From an uncultured delta proteobacterium (lineage in GTDB: Bacteria > Myxococcota_A > Polyangia > Fen-1088): a stretch of 64,000 bases of DNA. The notes under the pieces are model-generated. The model searched no databases and was not told where the DNA came from. It saw only the letters and a list, made by a program, of their open reading frames with translations. Shown one piece after another: positions 20,157 to 30,594 of the stretch (position 1 is its first letter; each line of letters begins with the position of its first letter). A program made the position numbers and the translations under genes. The stretch lies in assembly GCA_963767925.1 (NCBI GenBank), contig CAVYGB010000010.1:448001-512000 (forward strand), given 5' to 3'.

Positions 20157-21233
20157 TCATCGAGCGTCGCTGCGGACTGCCGCGGGTCCGGGCCGCGGGG
20201 TGGGTTGACCCGGCACGGCCTTGCCGAGCTCGAAGTCGGAGGCGCGCAGCCCCTTGCGGAAGCTGCCGACTCCGTAGAACGAAGGGGAATACGGATCGAC
20301 GTAGCGGACGTCGGCGGCCGCGGGGACGTCCATGCCCAGGCCCCAGTAGACGCCGTTGATCACGAGCCGACGGAGCCCCTCGTCCGCCAGGTCCGTCGCC
20401 GATCCCAGGGTCGTCGTCAGCACGCGGCTGGTCGTGCCCGCCTCGTGCTGATGGAGGCGCGTCCAGGCCACCGGCATCGCTGGATCGTTCACGCTCTGCT
20501 CCTTGCCGTCGGTCGCGCGCCGCTTCCGGTGGGTGGCGGGAGGTGACCTGGGCGTCAGCCCCTGGAGGACCATGCCGCGCACGAGGATTGTCGCGTCCAC
20601 CGGCGGGTAGGCCTCGTAGACGTCCGTGTCACCGTGGAGGCTGGTCACCCCGCGCAGCACCGGATGCCGTCTCTGCCCTTGCTCGATCTGGCCGCGCGTC
20701 CCCTCGACCTTGTGGCGGCCCCAGTGGGTCAGCCAGGTCTCACCCAGCACGCGCTTGCCGAACCCTCCCTCGTTGTTGAAGTTCCAGCGCGCCCAGGCGC
20801 TGCCTGGGGGGAAGCCGTTGAACGCGTGCGTGCTGGTCCGAAGCGCCACGATCGGCTTGCCAGCGCGCAGATACCTGTCGAAGCGGGCCATCGTCTCGTC
20901 CGGCCAGGCCCGAAAGCGCAGCGACAGCACGACGGCGTCGGCGGTGTCGAGGACTTCGGGATTGGACAGCGAGCGGCGCGCGTTCGGGTCGATCGTCCCG
21001 TCCTGGTCCACCGAATACAGGACCGTGCACCTGAACCCGTGCCGCTGGCTGAGGATCTTGGCGAGCATCGGCAGCGCCTCCTCGCTCCGATACTCCTCGT
21101 CGCCGGCGAGCAGGACGACGTGGCGGCCGCCGCCCGGTCCGGCCTTGGCGGGATACGCGGTGCTCGTCGAGGAGGGACCGGCCGGCGGGGACGCGAGGGC
21201 TCCGGCGGCGATCGCGATCAGGATTGGCGTCAT
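20157..21233 (-). CDS. Exported ThuA-like domain protein
   Basis: VLLAGDEEYRSEEALPMLAKIL, GKPIVALRTSTHAF, MPVAW; signal peptide. Confidence 0.85.
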   Translation of the reverse strand: MTPILIAIAAGALASPPAGPSSTSTAYPAKAGPGGGRHVVLLAGDEEYRSEEALPMLAKILSQRHGFRCTVLYSVDQDGTIDPNARRSLSNPEVLDTADAVVLSLRFRAWPDETMARFDRYLRAGKPIVALRTSTHAFNGFPPGSAWARWNFNNEGGFGKRVLGETWLTHWGRHKVEGTRGQIEQGQRRHPVLRGVTSLHGDTDVYEAYPPVDATILVRGMVLQGLTPRSPPATHRKRRATDGKEQSVNDPAMPVAWTRLHQHEAGTTSRVLTTTLGSATDLADEGLRRLVINGVYWGLGMDVPAAADVRYVDPYSPSFYGVGSFRKGLRASDFELGKAVPGQPTPRPGPAAVRSDAR

Positions 21234-21252
21234 GGATGTCCCGATAATACCG

Positions 21253-22251
21253 TCACCCTACCTGCGCGCGGGCCGATCGCACGCTCCGGGCGGTGAGGAT
21301 GATGACCACGCCGAGGACGACCAGCACTCCGCCGACGAGGGTGGTGGCGCCCAGACGCTCGCCGCCGAGGGTGGTGCCCAGCAGGACGGCGATGACCGGG
21401 TTCACGTAGGCGTAGCTGGTGGCGACCGGGGCGGGGGCGTGTTGCAGGACGTGGTTGTAGGCAGAGAACGCCAGCAGCGATCCGAAGACCACCAGGTAGA
21501 CGAAGGCGAGCCCCGCCCGGAGCGAGGGGGGCCCGGCGAGGGTCTCGCCGCAGAGCAGGCCCAGCAGGAGGGCGCCGGCGCCGCCGGTCACCATCTGCAC
21601 CGCCGCGGACATCAGGCCACCCGGCAGGGACACCCGGCCTGCCAGGACGGTTCCCAGCGCCCAGCCCGCCGGGGCCAGCGTCAGCAAGAGGACGTTGCCG
21701 GGGGAGGTGTGGGCGTCGGCCACGCTCATCACCAGCACGCCCAGAAAGCCGACCACCAGACCGGCCCACTGGCGGCGCGTCGGCCGCTTGCCGAGCGCGG
21801 AGCTGATCAGCGCGACGAAAAGGGGGATGGAGGCCACCGAAGCGGCGGCCGCGCCCGAGGGGACGTCCCGCTCGGCCACCGCCACGAGGCCATTGCCGAC
21901 CACCAGCATGAGGACGCCGACCGGTACGGCCGCCAGCCACTGCCGCCGCGTCGGGGCCGGCGCACCGCGGGTCCGCAGCACGCCGTACAGGATGGCTCCG
22001 GCCAGCACGAAGCGGGCGCCGCTGGCCAGCAGGGGCGGAAGGGTCTCGACCATGTAACGGAGGGCCAGATAGGTCGACCCCCAGACGAGGTAGACGACGA
22101 TCAGGCTGGCCAGCACGGTTCCAGGCAGGCCGCTGTCCGCGGCCTGCTTCGGAAGCGGATTTGCGCCGGCGGCGACCGGCCTTACATCTACGGGACGGGG
22201 CCCGACGGTCCGGGCGGAGGTGATCGCGGTCGGCGCGGCGGCGGGTGACAT
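21253..22251 (-). CDS. EamA/YedA family DMT transporter
   Basis: VYLVWGSTYLA, YL.VFGSLLAFSAY, ATSYAYVNPVIAVLLG; multiple TM helices. Confidence 0.92.
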   Translation of the reverse strand: MSPAAAPTAITSARTVGPRPVDVRPVAAGANPLPKQAADSGLPGTVLASLIVVYLVWGSTYLALRYMVETLPPLLASGARFVLAGAILYGVLRTRGAPAPTRRQWLAAVPVGVLMLVVGNGLVAVAERDVPSGAAAASVASIPLFVALISSALGKRPTRRQWAGLVVGFLGVLVMSVADAHTSPGNVLLLTLAPAGWALGTVLAGRVSLPGGLMSAAVQMVTGGAGALLLGLLCGETLAGPPSLRAGLAFVYLVVFGSLLAFSAYNHVLQHAPAPVATSYAYVNPVIAVLLGTTLGGERLGATTLVGGVLVVLGVVIILTARSVRSARAQVG

Positions 22252-22290
22252 GGGACCCCAGAGTGCGCCACGGCGGGCAGCCGCGGCAGG

Positions 22291-22360
22291 CACAGAGGGG
22301 ACCGGCCCGGACCGGCACAGATGGCATCTGATCGGGCGAACTCGAGGCCATCTGTACGGG
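22291..22360. promoter_or_regulatory. Putative MocR-type operator: CAGATG-G-CATCTG inverted repeat plus a second CATCTG
   Basis: Motif copies at 22318-22330 and 22349-22354 and CACAGA repeats, between the divergent EamA and MocR genes. Confidence 0.55.
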
Positions 22361-22404
22361 TCTGGCCCTTGGGCTCGCGCTGGCCATCGGGTAGCCTTCC
22401 GGCT

Positions 22405-23835
22405 ATGCCCGTGCTCGCCCACCCGCCGCCCCCCCTGTATTCGCAGCTCGCCCGGCAGGTCGAGGAGCTGATCCAGCAGGGCACCTTGCGGCCCGGGGAA
22501 CGCCTGCCATCGGTGCGCGAGCTGGCGCGCGAGCGCACGGTCAGCGTGGCGACGGTGCTGGCGGCCTACCAGCAACTGGAGCGTGAGGACCACATCGAGG
22601 TCCGGCCCAAGTCGGGGCACTTCGTGCGCCGGCGGCCGGCGGCGACGCCCCAGATCCGCCGCGCGCGCGCTCCCCTGGTGCCCGCGCGGGTCTCCGTGTC
22701 GGCCGGAGTGTCCGGGCTCCTGGCGTCCATGCGCGATCCCGCGGTCGTGCCCCTGGGGGCGGCTACCCTGGCTCCGGAGCTGTACGCGGTCCGCGAGCTC
22801 AACCGCACGCTGGCCTCGATCGCCCGGGAGGTCGCCGACGCGGGGGCCAACTACGAGGCGCCGCCCGGGCTGCTGACCCTGCGCCGTCAGCTCGCCCGCC
22901 GCTCGCTGACCTGGGGGGTGCCGCTCCACGAGGACGACTTCACCATCACGGTGGGCGCGATGGAGGCCTTGCACCTGGCCTTGCGGGCGACCACCCGTCC
23001 CGGCCAGGCGGTGGCGGTCTCCAGCCCGCTGTACTTCGGGCTGCTGCAGCTCATCGAGGAGATGGGGCTGCGCGTGCTCGAGATCCCGGGGCATCCCGAG
23101 CTGGGAATGGATATCGACGCACTCGAGCGCGCCCTCGGTCGCACCAAGATCGGGGCCTGCCTGGCCATCCCCAGCTTCGACAACCCGCTGGGCACCCTCA
23201 TGTCGCAGGAGGCGCGGGCCCGGCTGGTGGGGCTGCTGGCCCGGCACGACCTCCCCTTGATCGAGGACGACATCTACGGCGACCTGGCCTGGGACGGATC
23301 GCGTCCGGTCCCGGCCAAGGCCCACGATCGCGATGGCCGGGTGTTGCTGTGCGGATCAGTCTCGAAGACCCTGGCGGCCGGCTACCGGGTCGGCTGGATC
23401 GTTCCGGGCCGCTACCACGAACGGGTGCAGCGGCTCAAGTTCGCCCAGACCGTGGCCAGCCCGACCCTGGAGCAGATGGCGATCGCCGAGTACCTGGCGA
23501 GCGGGCGGCACGACCGCCACCTGCGGACCTTGCGCGGGCGGCTGGCGGCGCAGGTGAGGACCTTCCGGGAGGCCATCTCGGCGGCGTTCCCCAGGGGAAC
23601 CCGCATCTCGGATCCCCGGGGTGGTTTCCTGCTCTGGGTGGAGCTGCCCCGCGGGACCGACGCCCTGGCGTTGCAGATGGCCGCCCTGGACCGGGGCGTG
23701 GCCATCGCTCCCGGTCCCATCTTCTCGGCCCGCCAGCGCTACCGGAGCTGCATCCGCATCAACTGCGGCTTCCCCTGGTCACGTCGGATCGAGCAGGCCG
23801 TCTCGCTGCTGGGCGACCTGGCCCACCGCTGCTGA
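22405..23835 (+). CDS. GntR/MocR family PLP-dependent transcriptional regulator
   Basis: GERLPSVRELA wHTH; IEDDIYGDL, SKTLA.GYRVGW aminotransferase fold. Confidence 0.93.
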   Translation: MPVLAHPPPPLYSQLARQVEELIQQGTLRPGERLPSVRELARERTVSVATVLAAYQQLEREDHIEVRPKSGHFVRRRPAATPQIRRARAPLVPARVSVSAGVSGLLASMRDPAVVPLGAATLAPELYAVRELNRTLASIAREVADAGANYEAPPGLLTLRRQLARRSLTWGVPLHEDDFTITVGAMEALHLALRATTRPGQAVAVSSPLYFGLLQLIEEMGLRVLEIPGHPELGMDIDALERALGRTKIGACLAIPSFDNPLGTLMSQEARARLVGLLARHDLPLIEDDIYGDLAWDGSRPVPAKAHDRDGRVLLCGSVSKTLAAGYRVGWIVPGRYHERVQRLKFAQTVASPTLEQMAIAEYLASGRHDRHLRTLRGRLAAQVRTFREAISAAFPRGTRISDPRGGFLLWVELPRGTDALALQMAALDRGVAIAPGPIFSARQRYRSCIRINCGFPWSRRIEQAVSLLGDLAHRC

Positions 23836-23936
23836 GGCTCACGCCTCCGCCCGCTGGCGTACCGGCCCACCGGCGTGGACGCTGGCGTCCATCACCAGCA
23901 ATCAAACGCCCCGGGGATGAGTTACGCTTTGCGGCC

Positions 23937-24517
23937 ATGCGTCTCGTGATGACCCTCCTCGTCGCCGGTCTCATCGGTTGCGCGACCGCCTCGGACGACA
24001 CCCCCCTTCCGTCGGCCGGGACACCGGCGCAGGTGCCACGCGGTCCCTACTTCGGCGAGGTGGCCGGCCCGCGACCCACGCTGTTCGCCCCGGGCGTCCT
24101 GTCCCGGCGTTACCCGGAGCTCAACGCCGCCTTCTCCCCGGCTCGTGGGGCCGCCCCGAAGGCCGCGGTTCGGGAGACCTGTACGTCAGCTTCAACGTGG
24201 CAGGCACGTGGCAGCAGGCCCGCTCGCTCGGCCCGGACATCAACAGCACCTACCTGGAGTTCTGTCCCATCGTCTCTCCCGACGGTCGGCACTTCTTCTT
24301 CACGAGCAATCGGCGCGCCGAGGCCGACGCGACCGCGCGCACCCGCACCCCGGCGGACCTCCTCACCGAGTTCGAGAGGGCCGACTCCGCCATCGTGAAC
24401 GGCCTCGGCAACATCTACTGGATGAAGACCACCTTCCTGGAAGCCCTCCGCCCGCCCCGCCGCTCAACCAGGAGGCTAACCATGACCGACGTCCCACCCC
24501 TGCAGATCCCATGCTGA
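23937..24517 (+). pseudogene. PD40/TolB-like repeat lipoprotein relic with internal deletion
   Basis: LIGC lipobox, GPYFG...P.LFAPG...AFSP, then a frame jump to G.GDLYVSF...LGPDINS...P.VSPDG..FFFTS. Confidence 0.75.
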
Positions 24518-24636
24518 TCTATCCCGGCGTCACCCTGCTCGACTACGTCGGGCCGCTGACCGCCCTGGGGCTCCACGGCAAGATCCACCTGGTCTGGAAG
24601 ACGCTCGCCCCCCTCGCCTCGGACTCGACGATCGCC
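24482..24636 (+). pseudogene. DJ-1/PfpI (isonitrile hydratase-like) N-terminal fragment
   Basis: AGGAGG RBS; MLIYPGVTLLDYVGP...HLVWKTL.P..SDS; frameshifted and truncated. Confidence 0.75.
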
Positions 24637-24639
24637 GTC

Positions 24640-25468
24640 GGGCGAACGGACCGAGCAGAGTTGCCGTCGACTCATCGCCGAGCAGATCCCCCCGGAAAGC
24701 ATCGTGATCGTCCGCGATGCTCCCTTCTCGGCTACGCTGGCCGAGTCCTTTCGCGTAGGTCTGGAGAGAGGGTTGACCTGGACCTTCTGCGTGGACGCGG
24801 ACGTGCTGCTCTTTCCGGACGCGGTCCGCGACCTGCGTGACGCCGCTGGCAAAGCCGGCGACGATGTTTGCGAAGTGCAGGGCCTGGTCCTCGACAAGTT
24901 TTTTGGTGATTTCCGGGCGGCCGGCAACCATTTCTACCGCACCGCCGCCTTGCGGAACGCGCTGGACCTCATCCCCGCGGAAGGAACGGCCCTCCGCCCG
25001 GAGCACTCGATGCTCAACGCGATGATGGAGCGCGGCTACCCCTGGATCCAGACGTCGCAGCCGCTGGGTCTCCACGGGTTCGAGCAGTACTATCGAGACG
25101 TCTTTCGCACCTGCTTCGTGCAGGCCCACAAGCACGACTACGTCATGCATCTGCTCGCCCGGTTCTGGCGCGGGATGGCCGCCCAGGACCGGGACTACGA
25201 GGTGGCGCTCCGGGGGCTCGCCGCCGGCATCGTGGAGACCGGCCGGCCGCGGATCGACGTGCGCGCCTTTCCCCAGGGAGGGACGGCCGTGCTCGGCCTT
25301 GCCTCCCTCTCGGAGAAGCCGGACATCGGCTCGGGAGAGGAAATTTCCTCGACCCAGGTGGCGGCCGTCATCGCGAGCTGGGTCGTACCGCCGGAATGCG
25401 CAAAGCTTCTCCGTCGCAAGGTCAAGCCAGACCGGGAGCGACCAGGCGGCTCCCAACCTCCCGGGTGA
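24640..25468 (+). CDS. GT-A fold glycosyltransferase-like protein, probably 5'-truncated
   Basis: GERTEQSC N-terminal motif and DxD motif (CVDADVLL); abuts the DJ-1 fragment. Confidence 0.55.
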
Positions 25469-25832
25469 AGAGCCAGCCCCCGCGTCCGAAATACCGGGAG
25501 TAATCGGGGAAGAGCCCGCGATCTTCGCGAGGTCCGTCCGGGGGAGGACCTCTCCTCTCCCGGGGGCGGGGGGCAAGCCGCAGCGACGATCCCGCCGCGC
25601 CGGTACCCGATCGGGACGGCCGGCGTTCGCGCGGGACAGGCTGCGGCCTGGTGAGCGCGCGCCGCCCGTGCTAAAGGGAGTTGCGCGCCATGATTGCAGC
25701 ATGCGGTATTTCGATTCGCTGCACCCGGGGCTTGCCGTGATCTTGGCGGGAGCGACGCCGGAGGCAGTGCTCCGGTGTTACGCCCTGCGCGGCTCGATCG
25801 AGCCGCCGCTCGTTGCGACGGGGTAGCCGACC

Positions 25833-26618
25833 GTGCGCAAGCGCCTCGACGAGGTCCTGGTGGACCGCGGCCTCCAACCCGATCTCAAGACCGCGCAGGC
25901 CTGGATCCTCGCGGGGGACGTGCTCGTAGACGAGCGCGCATGCACCAAGCCCGGCGTTCGCGTTCCCGATGGCGCCCGGATCGCGCTCCGCCGGGCGCCC
26001 GAGAAGTACGCCAGCCGCGGCGGCCTGAAGCTCGAGGCGGCGCTGCGCCGCTTCGCCTTTTCAGTCGAGGGCTCCGCGGTGCTCGACGCCGGCGCGTCGA
26101 CGGGCGGCTTCACCGATTGTCTCCTGCAGCACGGCGCCGCCCGCGTCTATGCCGTGGACGTGGGCTACGGCCAGCTCCGGGGAAAGCTCGCCAGCGATCC
26201 GCGCGTGGTGAACCTCGAGAGGACGAACATCAGCGACCTCGGACCCGACACATTCCGCCCGCCGATCGATCTCGCCGTCTTCGATCTCTCCTACCTCTCG
26301 GCCAGGAAGGCGATCCCGATCGTGGCGCGCCTCTTCACCGGGCCGGTGGCGATGATCGGGCTCATCAAGCCGCTCTTCGAGGGAGTCAGGGCCGAGGCCA
26401 TGGCGGACCCGGACGCCCTGGCGCCGGCGCTCGCGGGCGTGCTCGACGCGCTGCCGGAGCACGGGCTCGCGGCGCGCGACGTGATGCTCTCGCCGGTACT
26501 CGGCAGCCGCGGCACAGTGGAGTTCCTGATGTGGATCGCGAGCGGCGCCTTTGCGACGCCCGCCGATGAGCTGTGCGGGCGGGCCATCGCCGAGGCGCGG
26601 AAGCCTTCGCGCAGCTGA
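25833..26618 (+). CDS. tlyA: TlyA family rRNA 2'-O-methyltransferase
   Basis: RLD..LV.RGL S4 domain, YASRGGLKLEAAL, DAGASTGGFTDCLLQ, DVGYGQL, LIKP.FE. Confidence 0.93.
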   Translation: MRKRLDEVLVDRGLQPDLKTAQAWILAGDVLVDERACTKPGVRVPDGARIALRRAPEKYASRGGLKLEAALRRFAFSVEGSAVLDAGASTGGFTDCLLQHGAARVYAVDVGYGQLRGKLASDPRVVNLERTNISDLGPDTFRPPIDLAVFDLSYLSARKAIPIVARLFTGPVAMIGLIKPLFEGVRAEAMADPDALAPALAGVLDALPEHGLAARDVMLSPVLGSRGTVEFLMWIASGAFATPADELCGRAIAEARKPSRS

Positions 26619-26714
26619 TGGTCAGCGCGTTGCACCAGGGGCTGTTCTCCCAAGTAGTCGGGTTCCCTCGGGGGACCAGGTCATTGACCACGTTCGTGGG
26701 ATCCGTCTGCCCAC

Positions 26715-27524
26715 CTATCCAGGGCCACCATCCGCCGGGCCGCCAGCACACACGCCGGTTATGGCTCTGGTTCGGTAGTGGAGGGTGACGGCACCGCCCC
26801 GTTGGTGCGATCGGAATATCGCGGCCAGCTCCTTCGTCAACAGGGTGACCAGCGGGTCGGGGCCGCCGGGCGCATAGGAGGCCGACAAGAATAGCGCCAG
26901 GAAGCCCTCCTCCCCCAGGGCATGCTGGTGGTCGAAAAGGGCCTGGTGCAAGGTGGCACCATCGGGGACCACGGCCCGGACAAGCTCGGCTGCGGTGGGC
27001 GGCTCAGCGGTCTTCCTGGTCACGTATGCCGGGACCAGCGCGGAGAGCGCGCCGTCGGCTGCCCGGACAACTTCGCTGGGAACCAGCGTGTTCCAGAGAA
27101 AGAGCAGAGTACCGCCGGGGCGCAGAATTCGCCCAAATTCCTGGCGCGCGCGATCGAGCTCGAACCAATGCAACGCCTGCCCGACCGTGATGGCCTCGAC
27201 CGAGGAGTCCGGCAGCCCTGTGTGTTCCGCGCTGCCGGCCGTGGAGCGATAGCCGGGATGATGGCCGTGACGGCGATCGGACCGACCGCGCATCGCGGGA
27301 CTCGGCTCCACGGCGACGACCTGGTATCCCCGCGACAGCAGCATGGCGCTCAGGATACCGGTGCCGGCACCCACGTCGGCGATGCTTGCCGCGCCCCGCA
27401 CGCTACCCGGCCGGCAAAGCTGGTCCAGAGCGGCAGCCGCGTAGTCCGGCCGTCCCAGGTCGTATGCCTCCGCCCGATCGGCGAAGCGATCGGCCGGCCT
27501 AGACAAGCCTGAAGTCTGACCCAA
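26715..27524 (-). CDS. Class I SAM-dependent methyltransferase
   Basis: Y..GRPDY, ADVGAGTGI, VEPS..MR, QALHWF, RILRPGG. Confidence 0.9.
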   Translation of the reverse strand: MGQTSGLSRPADRFADRAEAYDLGRPDYAAAALDQLCRPGSVRGAASIADVGAGTGILSAMLLSRGYQVVAVEPSPAMRGRSDRRHGHHPGYRSTAGSAEHTGLPDSSVEAITVGQALHWFELDRARQEFGRILRPGGTLLFLWNTLVPSEVVRAADGALSALVPAYVTRKTAEPPTAAELVRAVVPDGATLHQALFDHQHALGEEGFLALFLSASYAPGGPDPLVTLLTKELAAIFRSHQRGGAVTLHYRTRAITGVCAGGPADGGPG

Positions 27525-28473
27525 GAGCCACCTCCTGACCGCGGGGAACCTCCAGCACCAGCGTCCTTCTCCGGCCGCCCGACGACGACAACACGATCGA
27601 AAATGCCGACCTCAGCCCGGCCAAGGACACCTGGAACGCCTGCCACCTGCCCCACACCCCCTCGCGGAGTTTACGTCGGGCGAGGTCCAAGCAGCGGCGC
27701 CATACCAGCCGGGCCATGCCGATCCGACCTAGCTGCAGACGTTGAGCGATGAGGTGACGCTGCTTGATCAAGGGACGTACGTGGTTCAGGGCAAAGATGA
27801 CAGCTCCGTTCCTCCTGGTAGCCTGAGCCTGGTGCCGTCTGTACCGCACCAGGGCCTCTGGAACCAGGCCGAACCTGGCCCCCGAGGCGGCTGCCCTCAA
27901 CCAGAGTCCATAGTCGTCGTCATAGGCACTCCCCTGAACGACACGATCTCGTTGCCAGCCGCCACACTCGACGGCTAGCTGTCTCCGCATCATCACCGTC
28001 GAGGGCGATGCGAAGAAGCCCTTCACGAGTGATTCGAATGGATGCTTGGGATTGAACTGACGGCGATAGTACGTCCGGGTGTTGGGCCTGGAGTCATCGC
28101 CCCAGAAGTTCTCCTTCTCGCAGAAGACGAAGTCCAGCCGGCCTTGCAGGGAGCGAATCAACTCGACCTTCCTCTGCAGCTTGTCCATCCGCCACAGATC
28201 GTCGTGATCGAGGAAGGCCACCCAGTCTCCCCGGGCCTGCGCCAGGCCCAGATTCCGGGCGGCCCCGACCCCCTGGTTCCTCTCGGTCCGGAAAAGCCGG
28301 AGAGAACTTGAGGAAGGCAAATATCGCCGGAGCGGATCGTGGCAGCCGTCGTCAACGACGATTATCTCCAGGGGGGCTGCCGTCTGGGCCATAACACTGG
28401 TCACGGCCTCGCGCACAAAATGGGCGGGGTTGTAAACCGTGACGATGACACTGATGGCGTGCTCGCTTCTCAT
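27499..28473 (-). CDS. Glycosyltransferase family 2
   Basis: ISVIVTVYN, IIVVDDG, ARNLGL..ARGDWVAFLDHDDLW. Confidence 0.9.
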   Translation of the reverse strand: MRSEHAISVIVTVYNPAHFVREAVTSVMAQTAAPLEIIVVDDGCHDPLRRYLPSSSSLRLFRTERNQGVGAARNLGLAQARGDWVAFLDHDDLWRMDKLQRKVELIRSLQGRLDFVFCEKENFWGDDSRPNTRTYYRRQFNPKHPFESLVKGFFASPSTVMMRRQLAVECGGWQRDRVVQGSAYDDDYGLWLRAAASGARFGLVPEALVRYRRHQAQATRRNGAVIFALNHVRPLIKQRHLIAQRLQLGRIGMARLVWRRCLDLARRKLREGVWGRWQAFQVSLAGLRSAFSIVLSSSGGRRRTLVLEVPRGQEVALGSDFRLV

Positions 28474-28623
28474 GTCTTTCCTCGGCCGCCGGGCGGAACG
28501 CGCCGGATTGTGTCGGCCGGGGGGTGTCGCGCGCAAATCTACTCGAGCCGGACGGCGCGCCGGTGCCGCAAGTTGTTGCATCGCCTGCAGCGCCTCGTTC
28601 GCATATTCATGCTCATAGTCATT

Positions 28624-29768
28624 GTGAATCAGACGCCGGCCTTCTATTTCGACGCCGATCAACTCGAGGCCCTCGCGCAAGAGAAGGCCGAGGCGTTCCG
28701 CACCGCGACCCCGTTCAGGCACCTGGTTCTGGACCAGTTCCTGCCGTCGGAAGTCTTCGGCCTGGTCAGGGATTCGTTCCCCGGCGTCGCTCAGATCCCC
28801 TGGACCCTCTGGGGGCCCGGGATGACGAAGCCCGAAAAGGCACGCCTCCTCAACAAGCTGGGTCAGTCCGACGAACGACACTTCCCGCCGGCGATCCGCC
28901 ACCTCATGGGCGAGCTCAACTCCAACACATTTCTTCTCTTCCTCGAGAAGTTGACGGGCTTCGACCGACTCGTTCCCGATCCGTCCTACCGAGGATGTGG
29001 CCTCCACTCCACGGGCCGGGGCGGCAGACTGATGATTCACACCGACACCAATCGGCACCCTCACGGCAATGACGTGCACCAGATCCTCAATCTGATCTTG
29101 TACCTCAACGAGGACTGGAAAGAGGAATACGGCGGTCAGCTGGAGCTGTGGACCAAGGACCGAAGACCCGCTCGAAAGATCCTGCCAATCGCCAACCGGA
29201 TGGTGCTCTTTCACACCGGAACACGTTCCTTTCATGGTCACCCCGAGCCGGTGGCTTGCCCCGACGGCCGGAGGAGAAACTCCCTGGCGCTCTACTACTA
29301 CACGAGGCACCGGCCATTGGACGAGGAGTACGAGGGCATGCAGCGGGCCGTGCGCTGGGTGTCTACCTCCGAGAACGACCGGGAGATCGCCAGCGCTCTC
29401 CTGGTTCAGGCTCGAGCCGTACTGCTTCAGATCAGCGGAGAACCCGTCGCGCTCCAGGCCAAGCTCTGGCCGTGGAGACTGGGCGACCAGAAGCACGTCC
29501 CGATGGAGCCGTTCGTCTGGGATGCTCTCGAGTCGGCCAGGCGGGAGCGCTTGCATAGAGGCTGGCGTCTTCGGTGCTTCCCGAGGGTTCCGACTACCTC
29601 CCCTTCGCCGGCTTCACGACCAGGGCGGGCGCGGACTTGCTCGATCCAGATACCGTGCTGGCCTTGCTGGGACCGGAGAGCGACGTGCACCTGCTGGTGC
29701 CCGGTTCCCGAACGCTCCGCTTCCTCTGTTACTTCAAGAAGCTTCTCGACCACCTCGTCCCGCGGTGA
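28624..29768 (+). CDS. 2OG-Fe(II) oxygenase with frameshifted C-terminal extension
   Basis: PFRHLVLDQFLP, HxD (IHTD), LNLILYLNEDW...GG.LELW, FHGHP, R.SLALYYY; tail continues in the 29574-29768 frame. Confidence 0.8.
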
Positions 29769-29787
29769 TGGCGGTGGCGCATTCCGG

Positions 29788-30594
29788 TCAGACGCGCCTT
29801 GCCAGGAAGGCCATCGAGACGTAGCGCATCTCGAGCACGCCTCCCCGGCGCTCCAGCACGTCCGCGATCGACTGGTAAAGGGGCGCGCGATGCTCCGGCG
29901 AGAGGACCGCGTGGTCCGAATACGTGTCGAGCAGCTCGAGATATCGCGCCGTCGTGTACGTGGTGGTCCACGGATACACCCTGACGTCCACGGCACCGAA
30001 CAGTCCACTCGCGTCGATCTCGCCGACCAGCGCCCGCGTCGTCGCTTCGAGGACATCGTCCCGTCTGGTCGAGCGATCGGCCGGTCGCCAGCGCCGGTAC
30101 GCCGCATCGAGCTCGTCTCGCAAGCCGCCCTCGAACGCTCGTTTCTCGTTCCGGATCACGGCGAGCATGCCATCCGGCGCGAGTACGAGAGCTGGCTTCA
30201 CGTACCGCACCCGCGGATTCACCCAGTGGATCGACTGCGCTGCCATCACGACGTCGAACGGCCGTGCGATGGGCCAGGCCTCGAAGGTCGTTTGCTCGAC
30301 CGTGACGTCGTGACCGGCGACGTTGCGACGCAGGACCGCAGCGAGGCTCCCCGCCGGCTCGAGCGCGACGATCGATGCGCCCTTTCGCGCGAACACGACC
30401 GTCGCCTTCCCGGTACCCGCCCCGATCTCGAGCACGCGTCGGCCAGCCACCGAGATCACGTCGGCGGCGAGCGCCTCCGGGTATGACGGCCGCGAAGCAT
30501 CGTAGCGTTCGGCCCGGGCGTCGAACGACAGGCGCCGGTCCTCGTCGATCTCGGGTGCGCTGGGCGGGTTGACCTGTCGAACCCTGGCCTTCAT
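29788..30594 (-). CDS. Class I SAM-dependent methyltransferase
   Basis: SFD..AERYD..RPSYP, VLEIGAGTGKAT, AAQSIHWV; ATGA overlap with the upstream gene. Confidence 0.9.
   Translation of the reverse strand: MKARVRQVNPPSAPEIDEDRRLSFDARAERYDASRPSYPEALAADVISVAGRRVLEIGAGTGKATVVFARKGASIVALEPAGSLAAVLRRNVAGHDVTVEQTTFEAWPIARPFDVVMAAQSIHWVNPRVRYVKPALVLAPDGMLAVIRNEKRAFEGGLRDELDAAYRRWRPADRSTRRDDVLEATTRALVGEIDASGLFGAVDVRVYPWTTTYTTARYLELLDTYSDHAVLSPEHRAPLYQSIADVLERRGGVLEMRYVSMAFLARRV

Noticed and set aside
28339..30486. 715-aa 2OG oxygenase fusion
   Set aside because: A frameshift near 29550 lets the frame run antisense through the convergent methyltransferase.
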